A DNA stretch of 52,847 nucleotides from the IMG/VR virus record IMGVR_UViG_2663762646_000002; one strand, written 5' to 3'. Both the position numbers and the translations under genes were made by a program. How positions within the stretch are numbered: position 1 is the first letter of the stretch; each line of letters opens with the position of its first letter. Shown here piece by piece: positions 11,922-25,980 of the stretch. The notes below the pieces were generated by a model. The model saw only the letters and a list, made by a program, of their open reading frames with translations. It did no database searches and was not told the origin of the DNA. Source of the DNA: a virus. Lineage: Duplodnaviria; Heunggongvirae; Uroviricota; Caudoviricetes.

Positions 11922-12562
11922 TTGTCGGTGTACCTCTCTCGTTTGCTCAGTTGTTCAGGAATATGGTGCAGCAGCTCGCCGTCGCCGCAGTAAATTGCGG
12001 CGTGATTCGGCACCGATGAACCAAAACAGCACAGCAGCACATCGCCCGGCTGTGCCGCTGACAACGGCACCTGATACAGCCCCGTCGCCTCCAGATTATC
12101 CAGATAGAGATTCTGGCCGTTACGCCACCAGTCATCCTCACGATGAAAGTCCGGCATCTCAATCCCCGCCAGATGATAAGCATCCCGGAACAGTGTGTAA
12201 CAGTCCGTCACACCGTGCTCAAAGCGCCGCCCGGTGAGATGCGGCACACAGCGGAACTTATGAATCGTCCCCCGGCAGACCAGCCACCACGGCAAATCAC
12301 TCTGCACCTGCAGCCGCCGGTCGGCCTCACTCAGCCAGGGCAGACCACCGGGGTGGCTGTGGACCAGCGCCACAATCTCACCCTGCATTTCTGCCTGCAG
12401 CCAGTCTTCCGGCGACATACGGAAATACGCCTCCGGCTCACCGGAGATATTCACGCAGGGGAAATATCTTTCCCCCTCCGGCGTGCTTACCACGAAGCCG
12501 CACGACTCCGCTGGCGCACATCGCCGGGCGTGCGCCAGAATCGCTGATTCTGTCTCTGTCAT
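11819..12562 (-). CDS. K: tail tip assembly protein K (JAB/MPN-type motif plus C-terminal peptidase-like region)
   Basis: Matches lambda K; start placed at MTETES (247 aa), 5 nt after the L stop. Lambda's annotated 199-aa K would begin at the internal Met (12418). The 103-nt overlap with I is the same as in lambda. Confidence 0.85.
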   Translation of the reverse strand: MTETESAILAHARRCAPAESCGFVVSTPEGERYFPCVNISGEPEAYFRMSPEDWLQAEMQGEIVALVHSHPGGLPWLSEADRRLQVQSDLPWWLVCRGTIHKFRCVPHLTGRRFEHGVTDCYTLFRDAYHLAGIEMPDFHREDDWWRNGQNLYLDNLEATGLYQVPLSAAQPGDVLLCCFGSSVPNHAAIYCGDGELLHHIPEQLSKRERYTDKWQRRTHSLWRHRAWRASAFTGIYNDLVAASTFV

Positions 12563-12566
12563 GGGA

Positions 12567-13265
12567 TTACTGCGAAAGTTTGTTAATGGAAAGGAAGCCG
12601 CCAAAGTTGCCGACGTTATTGCGGAACTTACAGCCACTCAGGCATTTGCTGCATTTATCCTTCGTGATATCGGACGTCGGCTGGTCATATTCATCCGCGA
12701 CAGCCGGACCGCTATAACCGCACTCGTCACCGCGATAGGTCCAGGTGCAGGTGTTGGCCAGCATGATACGTCCCGGAAAAACAGCGCCATCCGTTTCCGT
12801 CGGCGTGGACAGTACAAAGGAGGCACTCACCGCGCTCAGTTCGCTGCACTGCTCGATGCGCCAGCGGCTGATCACCTCCTGCTCCGGATCGGCGTCACTG
12901 TTTCCGTTGACGAAGTTCACCGCATCCAGAAAACGGGCGTAAACCTTACGCCGGACCACCGTTCCGCCGACCAGACTCTGCAGATCTTCCGCCATCCCGG
13001 TGACCATACCGTACAGGTTAGAAACCGTCAGCGTGGGGCGCGTACTGGTGCCTTTGCCATTCAGTTCAAAACCGCTCCCCTGAATGGGATACGGCTGATA
13101 CTGTCGCCCCTGCCAGGTGACCGGCTCACCTTTTTCGTTCTGCTCATTACAGAAAAAATAACGTTCTCCACCGACCTCTGTCAGGTCGATTTCCCAGAGC
13201 ACCACGCTGGCCGACTGCTCCGCACGGGTGCATTCATTCAGTGTTTCCTGCCGGATATCCTGCAT
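12567..13265 (-). CDS. L: tail tip protein L
   Basis: 232 aa, same length and sequence pattern as lambda L; C-terminal Cys cluster. Confidence 0.95.
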   Translation of the reverse strand: MQDIRQETLNECTRAEQSASVVLWEIDLTEVGGERYFFCNEQNEKGEPVTWQGRQYQPYPIQGSGFELNGKGTSTRPTLTVSNLYGMVTGMAEDLQSLVGGTVVRRKVYARFLDAVNFVNGNSDADPEQEVISRWRIEQCSELSAVSASFVLSTPTETDGAVFPGRIMLANTCTWTYRGDECGYSGPAVADEYDQPTSDITKDKCSKCLSGCKFRNNVGNFGGFLSINKLSQ

Positions 13266-13594
13266 CAGTTCACCACCTGTTCAAACTCTGCGCTGAACTC
13301 AACACGCAGCATACTGACCCGCGACGACCATTTTGCGCAGGTCACCTTTATCTGCCGCCACTCATAAGGCGGCGTCCACAGAAAGGATTTCCAGCCCCCG
13401 TGCTCTTCCAGAAACGACTCCAGTACCGTGGCCTCCTCACGGGGGACAGAAAGCGTCACGCTGTACGTTTTCAGGTTGGCATTCAGCCCGGCAGGCGCTC
13501 GCTGGGAATAGCCATCACCAAAGCGCACCTTTCTTACAGAAGGGGCCGAAGCCACATCCATACCGGGTTTCACTTTCCAGCGGAAGGTTTTCAT
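13265..13594 (-). CDS. M: tail tip protein M
   Basis: 109 aa, matches lambda M in length and position. Confidence 0.95.
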   Translation of the reverse strand: MKTFRWKVKPGMDVASAPSVRKVRFGDGYSQRAPAGLNANLKTYSVTLSVPREEATVLESFLEEHGGWKSFLWTPPYEWRQIKVTCAKWSSRVSMLRVEFSAEFEQVVN

Positions 13595-16152
13595 CGTCCA
13601 CCTCCGGAGAACAGGCCACCATCACGCATCTGTGTCTGAATTTCATCACGGGCACCCTTGCGGGCCATGTCATACACCGCCTTCAGAGCAGCCGGACCTA
13701 TCTGCCCGTTCGTGCCGTCGTTGTTAATCACCACATGGTTATTCTGCTCAAACGTCCCGGACGCCTGCGACCGGCTGTCAGCCAGACTGCCCGGTGTACC
13801 GACATAACCACCGGTGGCATAGCCGCGCATCAGCCGGTAGAGATTCCCCACGCCAATCCGGCTGGTTGCCTCCTTCGTGAAGACAAATTCACCACGGTGA
13901 ACAATCCCCGCTGGCTCATATTTGCCGCCGGTTCCTGTGAATCCTCCGGTTGCAAAATGGAATTTCGCCGCAGCGGCCTGAATGGCTGTACCGCCTGACG
14001 CGGATGCGCCGCCACCAACAGCCCCGCCAATGGCGCTGCCGATACTCCCGACAATCCCCACCATTGCCTGCTTAAGCAGAATTTCTGTCATCATGGACAG
14101 CACGGAACGGGTGAAGCTGCGCCAGTTCTGCTCACTGCCGGTCAGCATCGCTGCCATATTCTGTGCAATACCATCAAAGGTCTGCGTGGCTGCACTTTTT
14201 ACCTGCGACATACTGTCCGTGGCGCTCTCTTCCCACTCACTCCAGCCGGACTTCAGGCCTGCCATCCAGCTCCCGCGAAGCTGGTCTTCAGCCGCCCAGG
14301 TCTTTTTCTGCTCTGACATGACGTTATTCAGCGCCAGCGGATTATCGCCATACTGTTCCTTCAGGCGCTGTTCCGTGGCTTCCCGTTCTGCCTGCCGGTC
14401 AGTCAGCCCCCGGCTTTTCGCATCAATGGCGGCCCGTTTTGCCCGTTGCTGCTGTGCGAATTTATCCGCCTGCTGCGCCAGCGCGTTCAGGCGCTCCTGA
14501 TACGTAACCTTGTCGCCAAGTGCAGCCAGCTGGCGTTTGTACTCCAGCGTCTCATCTTTATGCGCCAGCAGGGATTTCTCCTGTGCGGACAGCTGGCGAC
14601 GTTGTGCCGCCTCCTCCAGTACCGCGAACTGACTTTCTGCCTTCCACAAATCCCGGCGCTGCTGGCTGATTTTCTCATTCGCTCCGGCATGCTTCTCCAG
14701 CGTCCGGAGTTCTGCCTGAAGCGTCAGCAGGGCAGCATGAGCACTGTCTTCCTGACGATCGCCCGCAGACACCTTCACGCCGGACTGTTTCGGCTTTTTC
14801 AGCGTCGCTTCATAATCCTTTTTCGCCGCCGCCATCAGCGTGTTGTAATCCGCCTGCAGGATTTTCCCGTCTTTCAGTGCCTTGTTCAGTTCTTCCTGAC
14901 GGGCGGTATATTTCTCCAGCGGCGTCTGCAGCCGTTTGTAAGCCTTCTGCGCCTCTTCGGTATATTTCAGCCGTGACGCTTCGGTATCGCTCTGCTGCTG
15001 CGCATTTTTGTCCTGTTGAGTCTGCTGCTCAGCCTTCTTTCGGGCGGCTTCAAGCGCAAGACGGGCCTTTTCACGATCATCCCAGTAACGCGCCCGCGCT
15101 TCATCGTTAACAAAATAATCATCCTTGCGCAGATTCCAGATGTCGTCTGCTTTCTTAAACGCAGCCTCTGCCTTAATCAGCATCTCCTGCGCGGTATCAG
15201 GACGACCAATATCCAGCACCGCATCCCACATGGATTTGAAGGCCCGCGCAGTCCTGTCTGCCCAGGTCTCCAGCGTGCCCATGTTCTCTTTCAGGCGGCG
15301 GGTCTGGTCATCAAACCCTTTCGTTGCGGCCTCGTTCGCCGCCTGCAATGCCCCGGCTTCATCGCCGGAACGCTGCAACTGAGCAACATACGCAATCTGC
15401 TCCGCCGTCACGTTATGGAACTGGCGTGCCATCGCCGTCAGCCCCGACGTCGGGTCTGTGGTCAGCTTCCCGAAGGCTTCAGCGACCTTGTCCACCTCCA
15501 CGCCGGATGCAGAGGAGAAACGCGCCACACTCTGGCTGATGGACGCAATCTGAGCCTCACCGCTTACCCCCGCCTTAACCAGTGCGCTGAGTGACTCGCT
15601 GGTCTGGTTAAACATCAGCCCTGCCGCCTGCCCGGCTCTGGACAGGACCAGCATACGATCTGCCGTCAGTCCCGCCTGATTGCCGGAAAGGACCAGCGTT
15701 TTGTTGAAATCGGACAGGGTTGAGTTGCCCTGATACCAGGCATACGCCAGCGCACCGGTCGCCACCGCCAGCGAGGTGGCCCCCACCATCGGCAGGGTGA
15801 TCGCACCGGCAAGCCCCCTGAACATGGGGATCATCCCGCCGAAGGAGTCCTTCACCTGCCCCCCCTGTTGCAGCAGGATCAGCCACGGACTTTGCCCGCC
15901 TGCAAGCTGCGTGGCCACGTCGGTGAACTGTGCAGGCAGCATACGCATGGCGGCTTTATACTGCCCGACGGAAATCCCCGCTTTCTGTGCAGCCAGCGCC
16001 TGTCGGCTCAGCGACTGTTCAACGACTGCCGCTGTTTTTTTCGCATCACTTTCCGTACCGGAAAAATGACGCCTGACTCTGGCCATCTGCTCGTCAAATC
16101 TGGCCGCATCCAGACTTAAATCAACGACCAGATCGCCTACCGGTTCAGCCAT
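13591..16152 (-). CDS. H: tail tape-measure protein H
   Basis: 853 aa, same length as lambda H; coiled-coil rich, Gly-rich C-terminal region. Confidence 0.95.
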   Translation of the reverse strand: MAEPVGDLVVDLSLDAARFDEQMARVRRHFSGTESDAKKTAAVVEQSLSRQALAAQKAGISVGQYKAAMRMLPAQFTDVATQLAGGQSPWLILLQQGGQVKDSFGGMIPMFRGLAGAITLPMVGATSLAVATGALAYAWYQGNSTLSDFNKTLVLSGNQAGLTADRMLVLSRAGQAAGLMFNQTSESLSALVKAGVSGEAQIASISQSVARFSSASGVEVDKVAEAFGKLTTDPTSGLTAMARQFHNVTAEQIAYVAQLQRSGDEAGALQAANEAATKGFDDQTRRLKENMGTLETWADRTARAFKSMWDAVLDIGRPDTAQEMLIKAEAAFKKADDIWNLRKDDYFVNDEARARYWDDREKARLALEAARKKAEQQTQQDKNAQQQSDTEASRLKYTEEAQKAYKRLQTPLEKYTARQEELNKALKDGKILQADYNTLMAAAKKDYEATLKKPKQSGVKVSAGDRQEDSAHAALLTLQAELRTLEKHAGANEKISQQRRDLWKAESQFAVLEEAAQRRQLSAQEKSLLAHKDETLEYKRQLAALGDKVTYQERLNALAQQADKFAQQQRAKRAAIDAKSRGLTDRQAEREATEQRLKEQYGDNPLALNNVMSEQKKTWAAEDQLRGSWMAGLKSGWSEWEESATDSMSQVKSAATQTFDGIAQNMAAMLTGSEQNWRSFTRSVLSMMTEILLKQAMVGIVGSIGSAIGGAVGGGASASGGTAIQAAAAKFHFATGGFTGTGGKYEPAGIVHRGEFVFTKEATSRIGVGNLYRLMRGYATGGYVGTPGSLADSRSQASGTFEQNNHVVINNDGTNGQIGPAALKAVYDMARKGARDEIQTQMRDGGLFSGGGR

Positions 16153-16983
16153 ACCGGACTCCTCCTGCGATCCCTTCTGATACTGTCATCAGCATTACGT
16201 CATCCTCCGTCATGTCCGCCACATCCGGGGAAGCGGGGATAACTTCATTCCCGTCCGGGCCAAAGCGGACGCCTCCGGCAAGCCCTGCCGCTTTCTGCAT
16301 CAGCACATCATCTTCAGGCTCTTCGTCAGCCTCGCGCCGGTTCAGCAGACTGAAATCCAGCGGATGCATATCCGGATCGCTGAAAAACAGGCTGAGCACG
16401 GTGTACGTCAGCCCGGAAAAGTGCATATCCAGCAGAACATCATGAAAATAATGGGTACTGTAAAAGCGGTGCCAGTCGGCATACTCCGTGGATGACATCC
16501 CGGCAAGCATGGCACGCCAGTCGGGTCGCCCCATCTCACGCGCCAGTTTCAGGGCAAAACTCAGCTCACCGTCGAACACTTTCCCGCAGAAACAGGCTCT
16601 GCGGGCCCGACGTCCTCTGTCTGTTCAGGGGCATTATTCACCACAAACTCATACATACCAGACAGCCGGTACACCACGTTTTCAGCATGAGAAATTGCCT
16701 CCGTGGGCCAGGTGGTAAGCACTTCCTGCTCAATCTGTTTAACGGCTTCATTCATGGACGGCATCTGCGTCTTCTGCGGATGGTTATGCCACAGGGACAT
16801 CGCCACCAGAAACGCGCCGGTTCTGATGGCGTCTTCCACAGTAAACTTCCGGTTGCTGTCTGACTCCGCCTGTTCTGCCTGCCGTTTCATCAGGGCGAGA
16901 TGCTCAATGCGCTGCAGGGCTGACAGTTCAGAAAGCGTGACGGTCACACCGTTATGTTCAAATGATTCGGTTTTCAGGAACAT
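16145..16983 (-). CDS. T: tail assembly chaperone G-T fusion (made by -1 programmed frameshift)
   Basis: T frame (16145-16579) continues from the G frame after the slippery heptamer GGGAAAG; junction reads ...SAGKVFDGELSFAL as in lambda gpGT. Confidence 0.85.
16561..16983 (-). CDS. G: tail assembly chaperone G
   Basis: 140 aa, matches lambda G in length and sequence as recalled. Confidence 0.95.
   Translation of the reverse strand: MFLKTESFEHNGVTVTLSELSALQRIEHLALMKRQAEQAESDSNRKFTVEDAIRTGAFLVAMSLWHNHPQKTQMPSMNEAVKQIEQEVLTTWPTEAISHAENVVYRLSGMYEFVVNNAPEQTEDVGPAEPVSAGKCSTVS
16579..16585 (-). promoter_or_regulatory. programmed -1 ribosomal frameshift slippery site (G GGA AAG) for G-T
   Basis: Plus-strand CTTTCCC at 16579-16585 is GGGAAAG on the coding strand, a few codons before the G stop. 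Confidence 0.8.
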
Positions 16984-16998
16984 CGCTGACTCTCCGGA

Positions 16999-17739
16999 TT
17001 AACTGGCGGTGACGGTAATTTCTGCAACCGCAGCAAACTCACCATTACCGGATACAACCGGAATGTTGACCTTGCCTGCAGCAACGCCGTTCACGGTGAT
17101 GGTCATACCACTGACCGACACGGTGGCTTTTGTTTTATCCGCAGACACCGCACGAAAGCTCTTGTCGGTTACGCCCTCCGGCTGGAAGGCCACGGTCAGC
17201 GTGGTGCTCTGCCCTTTCACCACCGAGGTGCTGGCAGGCGTCACGGTCATGCCGGTTGCCGCTGTTACCGTGCTGCGATCTTCTGCCATCGACGGACGTC
17301 CCACATTGGTGACTTTCACCGTACGGGTGATCACTTCCTTCGCCGTCACCGCCTTACCGATACTGCTGACCCAGCCACGGAACACATCGACCGTGCCGTT
17401 CGGGAAGCGGATTTTATAGGCACGGGTATCGCCTTCATTAAACCACGCCAGCAGCGCCTGCTGCCCCTGCTCTCCGGGCATCCACGCCAGCGTGAAGCTG
17501 GTATCTCCGGCAGATTTCTGCCCCTGCCCGGTCGCAGTCCAGTCTGCATCTTCATCATCGAGATAGCTGTCGTCATAGGACTCAGCGGTCAGTTCGCCGG
17601 GCGTCAGGTCTTTAACTTTTGCCAGACGCGACCAGTCAACGTCTGAAAGCGGATTCGCATAAGGGTCACCGCTCCCCTTATAAACCCACAGGGTGGTCCC
17701 GGCACCTTTCACCGGCATTGTAGGATTTGGTACAGGCAT
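16999..17739 (-). CDS. V: major tail tube protein V
   Basis: 246 aa from [15 protein letters not shown]...; matches lambda V; C-terminal Ig-like region. Confidence 0.95.
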
Positions 17740-17746
17740 AGCGTCC

Positions 17747-18142
17747 TCACATTTCATAGGTAATGACATAAGTCAGATCGGCTGAACTCCACAGGCCCGC
17801 ATCATCGTCGCGCCGGTAGTCATAGCCGCTGGCCACCATACTGGTGATCAAATCTGACAGTGCCGGGATATCGCTCATCACCGGATAAATCCGGGACTCC
17901 ATCCACGCATCCAGCTCTGAATCCGGCACCTGAGCAGGCAGGAAAACTTCGATATGCAGCTCCGCCTGCCAGGTATCGCTGTCCAGCTCTTCGCCCGTGT
18001 ATTCAGCGCCGGTGAGATAAACGGCAACTGCCGGAAAATCCGCCTCATCAAAAACAGCGGGGCGACCATCAAAAAACGTCGCCCCGGTGTCATGCTTCTC
18101 CAGTGCATCCAGTATGGCTGCACGGAGTTCAGTATGTTTCAT
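17747..18142 (-). CDS. U: tail terminator protein U
   Basis: 131 aa, matches lambda U. Confidence 0.95.
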
Positions 18143-18717
18143 CGCTTTATTACCATCCTCAGTTGATGCTGCAGCGCATAGCCCAGCTCTTTCGGAAGAC
18201 GTTCACGCCGTATCCGCTCAATATTTTGTTTAAACGCCGTGGTCAGCGGCACCGCCATCGGGATTTTCACCACATCAATGGGGTAACGGTTTTTCCCGGC
18301 CACACGCTGCATGACATGCCACCGGCCATTTTTCAGTTGCTGAATAAACGCGCCGGGAATACGACGGTTACCCACCACAAGCACGCTGCCGCCACCTTTC
18401 AGGGATGAACGCTGCCCCTTTTTACGACGCCTGCGGCGCGAAAGGACAACCCGCGCATTACCCAGCTTGATTACGGGCAAATCCCCCCGGTTAACTTTGA
18501 TTCTGGCCTGCGGATTTTTGACCGTGGCCCTTTTCAGCCTGGCCCTTTCCTTTACCAGTTTCCGGCGTACCTTTGTCTCACGGGCAACCTGTGACGCCGA
18601 CTGCGATATCGCGGATGAAGCAACGCGGTTAATAGCCATTGCGGCGGCACCGGGCACCGCCGCTCTGCTGATACGACTGAGGTTTTCAACGGCCTGCTCA
18701 AGACCTTTTATGGCCAT
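18139..18717 (-). CDS. Z: tail completion protein Z
   Basis: 192 aa, matches lambda Z. Confidence 0.95.
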   Translation of the reverse strand: MAIKGLEQAVENLSRISRAAVPGAAAMAINRVASSAISQSASQVARETKVRRKLVKERARLKRATVKNPQARIKVNRGDLPVIKLGNARVVLSRRRRRKKGQRSSLKGGGSVLVVGNRRIPGAFIQQLKNGRWHVMQRVAGKNRYPIDVVKIPMAVPLTTAFKQNIERIRRERLPKELGYALQHQLRMVIKR

Positions 18718-18728
18718 ACATCCCCCTT

Positions 18729-19082
18729 TCAGCGGCGACGGTTAACGGCAGGCGGTACGCCCCGCCCAAGCCAGAGATGACCGCTTCCGCCATCATCCGG
18801 CGAAATCCGGTCTATCCAGAAGTTTTCCTCACCGATGGTCAGCGTGTCGCCGCGCCGCAGCTGCCGCACATCATCAGTCCGGACAAACAGGGACGGGCTG
18901 GAGCCTTCAACGCGCACGCCCTGTCCGGCATAGCTGATATTTTCAGGGTCATCAAAAACACCACGTATCACAGCACCGGACTGCTCACCGGATGTCATGG
19001 TGGCTGACGTTCCCATGTACCCGCGTATCGTTTCATCGGCGCGGGCAATGGCAGCATCGAACAGGTTATCGAAATCAGCCAC
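18729..19082 (-). CDS. FII: head-tail joining protein FII
   Basis: 117 aa, matches lambda FII. Confidence 0.95.
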   Translation of the reverse strand: MADFDNLFDAAIARADETIRGYMGTSATMTSGEQSGAVIRGVFDDPENISYAGQGVRVEGSSPSLFVRTDDVRQLRRGDTLTIGEENFWIDRISPDDGGSGHLWLGRGVPPAVNRRR

Positions 19083-19093
19083 AGCGCCTCCCG

Positions 19094-19489
19094 TTATTGC
19101 ATTCTGGCCAGGCCGCGCTCTGTCATTTCAGCTGACACACCGGCAGAGACACGGAACGCCGTTCCCGGCAGCACAAATGCCACAGCCTCATCCCGCGTGG
19201 CGTGAAGTGCATCAGTATGCAGCGTCACCAGTGCCACAACCGTGACCAGATCAGCCGTATCAGTCACGGTATCCGGCTGCGCTGATACAACCTCATTTTC
19301 ATGTCCGGTCAGCGCATTTTCCGGGCTGACAGATGTGTCCTGACCGGCAGCGTCATCCGTGTCATCAAGCTCCTCTTCCAGCTCTGCCACACGGAGCACC
19401 AGTTCTTCTTTCGTCCCCGTCAGGCTGACATCACGGTTCAGTTGCTCACCCAGCACCTGAAGACGGGCAATCAGTTCATCTTTCGTCAT
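19094..19489 (-). CDS. FI: DNA packaging protein FI
   Basis: Start set at MTKDELIARL (lambda FI N-terminus); the tracked ORF has a 13-codon upstream extension. Confidence 0.9.
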   Translation of the reverse strand: MTKDELIARLQVLGEQLNRDVSLTGTKEELVLRVAELEEELDDTDDAAGQDTSVSPENALTGHENEVVSAQPDTVTDTADLVTVVALVTLHTDALHATRDEAVAFVLPGTAFRVSAGVSAEMTERGLARMQ

Positions 19490-19530
19490 AGACTCCTCCA
19501 CAGAGAGAAAATGGCCCCGAAGGGCCATGA

Positions 19531-20556
19531 TTACGCCAGTTGTACGGACACGAACGCATCAGGGTCAGCCAGCAGCATCAGCGGTGCTGACTGAATCATG
19601 GTGAACTCACGCGCCGGATCGCCGGTGGTCACCCAGTTTTTCGGGTAGCGGGCAGAGGCGTTAATACCTTCGCGCTGTGCGTCCGCATCCTGAATGCAGC
19701 CATAGGTGCGCAGACCGCGTGCCTGAGTGTTCCCCAGCACCATCGAGTTGTCCGGAAGGAAGTTCTTTTTGACGTCGTTTTCCACGTACTGTCCGGAATA
19801 CACGACGATCGCCGTATCGCCATACATCCCCTTATAGGACACCGCTTCGCCCAGGTCTTTTACCGCTGTCTCCAGCTCGGAATTAGAGCCGCGACGGGTA
19901 TCCAGCTTCTCCTTGACGGCTTTGAAGGAACGGAACAGCGCCCAGCCTTTCGGATCAAACACGATGATATTCACCACTCCGCTGGCGTTCAGCGCATAGG
20001 CTTCGATATCGTCGGTCGGGTCATACGTGGACTTGTCACGCTTGCTCCACTCCGTACCACCGGACTGTGTGATGTTGTTCGCCGCACTGCGGCCCATATC
20101 CACCTCAACCGGATCGAAGGCTTCACCGGTCATGGTGTATTTGCCCTTAAGCACAGCAGAAACTGCCTGCATCTCTTCGACCTGAGCAATGGCCAGCTCT
20201 TCGTCTCGCATGTTCTGCATGATGATGCGACGGCGGCGGTAAGCCGGGTCCGCCAGATTCTGCGGATCTTCATCCGGCAGGCGACGCAGGGTCATCTGCG
20301 GATTCACCTCATGCTTCGGCTTGACATATCCCGGTGTAAATTCAGAGGTGGAGCCGCCACGGGAGCGGATAACCTCACCGGAAACAATCGGCGAAACGTA
20401 CAGCGCCATGTTTACCAGTCCCGGAATTTGTGAGAGATAGACTTTCTCCGTAGTGAAGGGATAGCTCTCACGGAAAAAGAGACGCAGAAACAGCGGATCA
20501 AACTTAAATTTCTGCTCATTTGCCGCCAGCAGCTGGGCGGTTGTGTACATCGACAT
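19531..20556 (-). CDS. E: major capsid protein E
   Basis: 341 aa from MSMYTTAQLLAANEQKF...; matches lambda E. Confidence 0.95.
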   Translation of the reverse strand: MSMYTTAQLLAANEQKFKFDPLFLRLFFRESYPFTTEKVYLSQIPGLVNMALYVSPIVSGEVIRSRGGSTSEFTPGYVKPKHEVNPQMTLRRLPDEDPQNLADPAYRRRRIIMQNMRDEELAIAQVEEMQAVSAVLKGKYTMTGEAFDPVEVDMGRSAANNITQSGGTEWSKRDKSTYDPTDDIEAYALNASGVVNIIVFDPKGWALFRSFKAVKEKLDTRRGSNSELETAVKDLGEAVSYKGMYGDTAIVVYSGQYVENDVKKNFLPDNSMVLGNTQARGLRTYGCIQDADAQREGINASARYPKNWVTTGDPAREFTMIQSAPLMLLADPDAFVSVQLA

Positions 20557-20611
20557 AAAAAAATCCCGTAAAAAAAGCCGCACAGGCGGCCTTTAGTGAT
20601 GAAGGGTAAAG

Positions 20612-20944
20612 TTAAACGATGCTGATTGCCGTTCCGGCAAACGCGGTCCGTTTTTTCGTCTCGTCGCTGGCAGCCTCCGGCCAGAGCACATCCTCATAAC
20701 GGAACGTGCCGGACTTGTAGAACGTCAGCGTGGTGCTGGTCTGGTCAGCATCAACCGCAAGAATGCCAACGGCAGCACTGTCGGTGGTGCCATCCCACGC
20801 AACCAGCTTACGGCTGGAGGTGTCCAGCATCAGCGGGGTCATTGCAGGCGCTTTCGCACTCAATCCGCCGGGCGCGGTTGCCGTATGTGCCGGGTCACTG
20901 TTGCCCAGCGGCTGGTAATGGGTAAAGGTTTCTTTGCTCGTCAT
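20612..20944 (-). CDS. D: capsid decoration protein D
   Basis: 110 aa from [12 protein letters not shown]...; matches lambda D. Confidence 0.95.
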   Translation of the reverse strand: MTSKETFTHYQPLGNSDPAHTATAPGGLSAKAPAMTPLMLDTSSRKLVAWDGTTDSAAVGILAVDADQTSTTLTFYKSGTFRYEDVLWPEAASDETKKRTAFAGTAISIV

Positions 20945-20953
20945 AAACATCCC

Positions 20954-21559
20954 TTACACTGGTGTGTTCAGCAAATCGTTAACGGCATCAGATGCCGGGT
21001 TACCTGCAGCCAGCGGTGCCGGTGCCCCCTGCATCAGACGATCCAGCGCAGTGTCACTGCGCGCCTGTGCACTCTGTGGTGCAGCTGCCAGAATGCGGCG
21101 GGCCGTTTCCACGGTCATACCGGGGGTTTCTGCCAGCACGCGGGCCTGTTCTTCGCGTCCGTGAGCCTCCTCACAGTTGAGGATCCCCATAATGCGGCTG
21201 TTTTCTGCCGCAACCGCTGCGGTGATCTGCGCGTTCACGTCCGGCTGCGCCGCGCTGGCGTTCTCGCCCTCCGTCGCTGGCACCACGTCAGTAACGTCAG
21301 CCTGCGAAGCAGTGGCTGAAACAGTTGTTGATTGAGTCTCTTTGGTCATTCGCCCTCCTGAGAGACGGGATTTACGTGCATCCAGTGCATCACGCATGAC
21401 GGTGATCGCATCGGTGCTGTTAACAAGTTCATCAGCCAGTCCGGCATCAATGGCCTCCTGACCGCTGTACACTGCAGCCTCGGTATCCAGCACAGCCTGC
21501 ACGGACAGGCCGGTATATGCCGACACCTTCTGCGCAAACATCTGGCGGGTTGCGTCCAT
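20954..21559 (-). CDS. Nu3: scaffolding protein Nu3 (in-frame internal start within C)
   Basis: Internal ATG at 21559 giving MDATRQMFAQKVSAYTGL..., 201 codons in the C frame, same arrangement as lambda Nu3. Confidence 0.75.
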   Translation of the reverse strand: MDATRQMFAQKVSAYTGLSVQAVLDTEAAVYSGQEAIDAGLADELVNSTDAITVMRDALDARKSRLSGGRMTKETQSTTVSATASQADVTDVVPATEGENASAAQPDVNAQITAAVAAENSRIMGILNCEEAHGREEQARVLAETPGMTVETARRILAAAPQSAQARSDTALDRLMQGAPAPLAAGNPASDAVNDLLNTPV

Positions 21560-22253
21560 CCGGGACTGCAGTGTCTCCCGGACGTCATCCGGAAGATGGC
21601 TGTAGGGGTTGCCATCCACCTTATGGCTGCCGCTGTAAATCAGCGTGATTTCCACACCCTGTTTCTCCAGCGCAGCACCGTAATTACTGTGAGCCATCAT
21701 GACGCCGATGGAGCCTGTCCGGGCGGTCTGCGTGACCAGACGCCGGGAGGCGGCACTGGCAAGCAACTGACCTGCACTGCAGTTCATGTCGTTGGCAAGC
21801 GCCCATACCGGTTTTATGTCACGCACACGGGCGATGATGTCAGCGCAGTCAAATGCCCCCGCCACCATCCCGCCGGGCGTGTCCATATCGAGCAGAATGC
21901 CGTCCACCATCGGATCGCTGGCAGCCTGTTGCAGACGGGCGATAATGCCGTTGTAACCGGTCATCCCCGAGTACGGCTGCAGCGCCCGCGTCCGGCTGAC
22001 CAGCGTGCCGGACACCGGCAGCACGGCGATGCCGTTCATGACCTGATAACTGCGGGCCTGTCGTGGTCCGTCATCATCACCGGATAATGCCAGCGTCGCG
22101 AGTGCCTCCTGGGCAGTCAGGCTGTCGCCGGACACCGCATCCGTCAGGCGGCTGATCCCAAGCTGGCCTGCAAGCGCACAAAAGAAAACCCGCGCATAGG
22201 CGGGTTCAAGCATCAGCGGCTCATTAAAGGCCATGCTGGCAATATGCGGGAGA

Positions 22254-22273
<20 letters not shown>
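20954..22273 (-). CDS. C: capsid maturation protease / minor capsid protein C
   Basis: 439 aa from a GTG codon at the position of the lambda C start (VTAELRNLPHIASMAF...); 20-nt overlap with B as in lambda. Confidence 0.9.

Positions 22274-25954
<3,681 letters not shown>

Positions 25955-25980
<26 letters not shown>

Noticed and set aside
12483-16119. Several plus-strand ORFs of 130-300 aa antisense to K, L, M and H
   Set aside because: All are embedded in lambda-identical tail genes on the minus strand; no SD or conservation support.
16145-16579. 144-aa ORF starting MFDGELSF as an independent gene
   Set aside because: Its Met is an in-frame GTG of the T frame; the product is made only as a G-T frameshift fusion.
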